Shown: positions 63,255 to 64,000 of the stretch, piece by piece
Numbering within the stretch: the stretch's first letter is position 1
Layout of the letters: the number at the start of each line of letters is the position of its first letter
Assembly: GCA_965178125.1 (NCBI GenBank)
Contig: OZ237739.1
Span: forward strand, 558,001-622,000
Source: Bilabrum cf. latius
Taxonomy: Eukaryota
Direction: 5' to 3'
Length of the DNA stretch: 64,000 nucleotides
Made by a program: the position numbers and the translations under genes
Notes under the pieces: generated by a model
Seen by the model: only the letters and a program-made list of their open reading frames with translations
The model's database searches: none
Told to the model about the DNA's origin: nothing

Positions 63255-64000
63255 ATGCCCAGGAAAAGTAGGTCTTCAATTGCTTCGGAAGATGAAAGCG
63301 ACAATGATTCTGGCGACAGTTTGAGTGACGTGATAGAAGATGTGGAAGATATTACCAGCGCAAGCCGGGGAGCCTTGCGGAAGGGTGGAGCCGACGGCGT
63401 TCAAATAGGCTCAATCCTGCAGAGAGAGCAAGCGTTAGCATCGCGAGAGGCCGGCCTAACACATCGCGAAAAGGCGCTGGCATCTCGTGAAGCCGCCCTG
63501 GCTCGCGCCCAGGCTGCCATGAAGCTGCGGGAGAAATCACTGCTTGAGCTATTGCAACAGAAGGACCTGGTTCTGTCACCTTCCAGAAAGCGTAAGCTGG
63601 TGGATGATGTTGAACTTGTCGACGGGACTGCCTTATTCGGTACGGATGATGAGGATAGCAGCTACGGTGCGGTGTCGTCGCCAAGTGCAGCCTCAGCAGC
63701 AGCCCGCGGTGGCAGCGGGAGAGGTCGAGGGCGAGGTCGAGGCCGAGGGCGAGGTCGCGGTAGGGGAAGAGGGCGTGGTGGAGCAATTGCACCCACCGCC
63801 AGCCTTGGTAGCAGCGAGGGTAGCCCGCAGCCAGCTGAAGCCAGCACCAAGCTGGGCAGCAGCCGGGGACGAGGGAGGGGCAGGGGCAGAGGCAGGGGTC
63901 GCGGGCGAGGAGTCGCATCTAGTGCGTCTAGCGGGTCCACGAAATCGGCAACACCCATGTCGCCCAGGGCCAAGAGCCCTGGCCAGGCCAAGGGTGGGCC
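63255..64000 (+). CDS. RG-repeat-rich protein, 3'-partial
   Basis: Open frame from ATG 63255 (MPRKSRSSIASEDESDNDSGD) to the window end, with a short coiled coil, an RKRK motif and two GRGRGRGRG tracts. Confidence 0.7.
   Translation, partial: MPRKSRSSIASEDESDNDSGDSLSDVIEDVEDITSASRGALRKGGADGVQIGSILQREQALASREAGLTHREKALASREAALARAQAAMKLREKSLLELLQQKDLVLSPSRKRKLVDDVELVDGTALFGTDDEDSSYGAVSSPSAASAAARGGSGRGRGRGRGRGRGRGRGRGRGGAIAPTASLGSSEGSPQPAEASTKLGSSRGRGRGRGRGRGRGRGVASSASSGSTKSATPMSPRAKSPGQAKGG

Noticed and set aside
63352-63991. Minus-strand Pro/Arg/Leu-rich ORFs
   Set aside because: They are antisense to the open plus-strand RG-rich gene starting at 63255.

Overview
GC-rich, gene-dense, intron-poor eukaryotic nuclear DNA, probably from a flagellated protist. 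DNAAF6 and a mastigoneme-protein-like module point to a stramenopile (inference). The main result is a non-standard genetic code. The fragmented ORF track collapses into 13 long genes if TAG is read as glutamine. By hand I count more than 100 in-frame TAGs in these genes and no internal TAA or TGA, and every complete gene ends in TGA (10) or TAA (3). TAG sits at conserved Gln positions, swaps with CAG/CAA between paralogues and replaces CAG inside repeats. This indicates UAG=Gln with UAA still a stop, a rare uncoupled code. Genes: a giant DUF3638/DUF3645-type P-loop protein with EF-hands; a ~4480-aa leishmanolysin protease with a 16 x 133-aa repeat stalk and a mastigoneme-like EGF end; a C2orf81-like protein; thioredoxin-UBA-UBX; a MYND finger protein; DNAAF6; an inverted pair of six-hairpin glycosidases plus a third 3' fragment; tRNA-Asn and a 5'-truncated tRNA-Asn; a giant coiled-coil protein; a secreted beta-helix (GH141-like) enzyme; an ABCC transporter; a CLU-domain/TPR protein; a long low-complexity protein; and a partial RG-rich protein. 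All product calls come from motif recognition by eye, not database searches.
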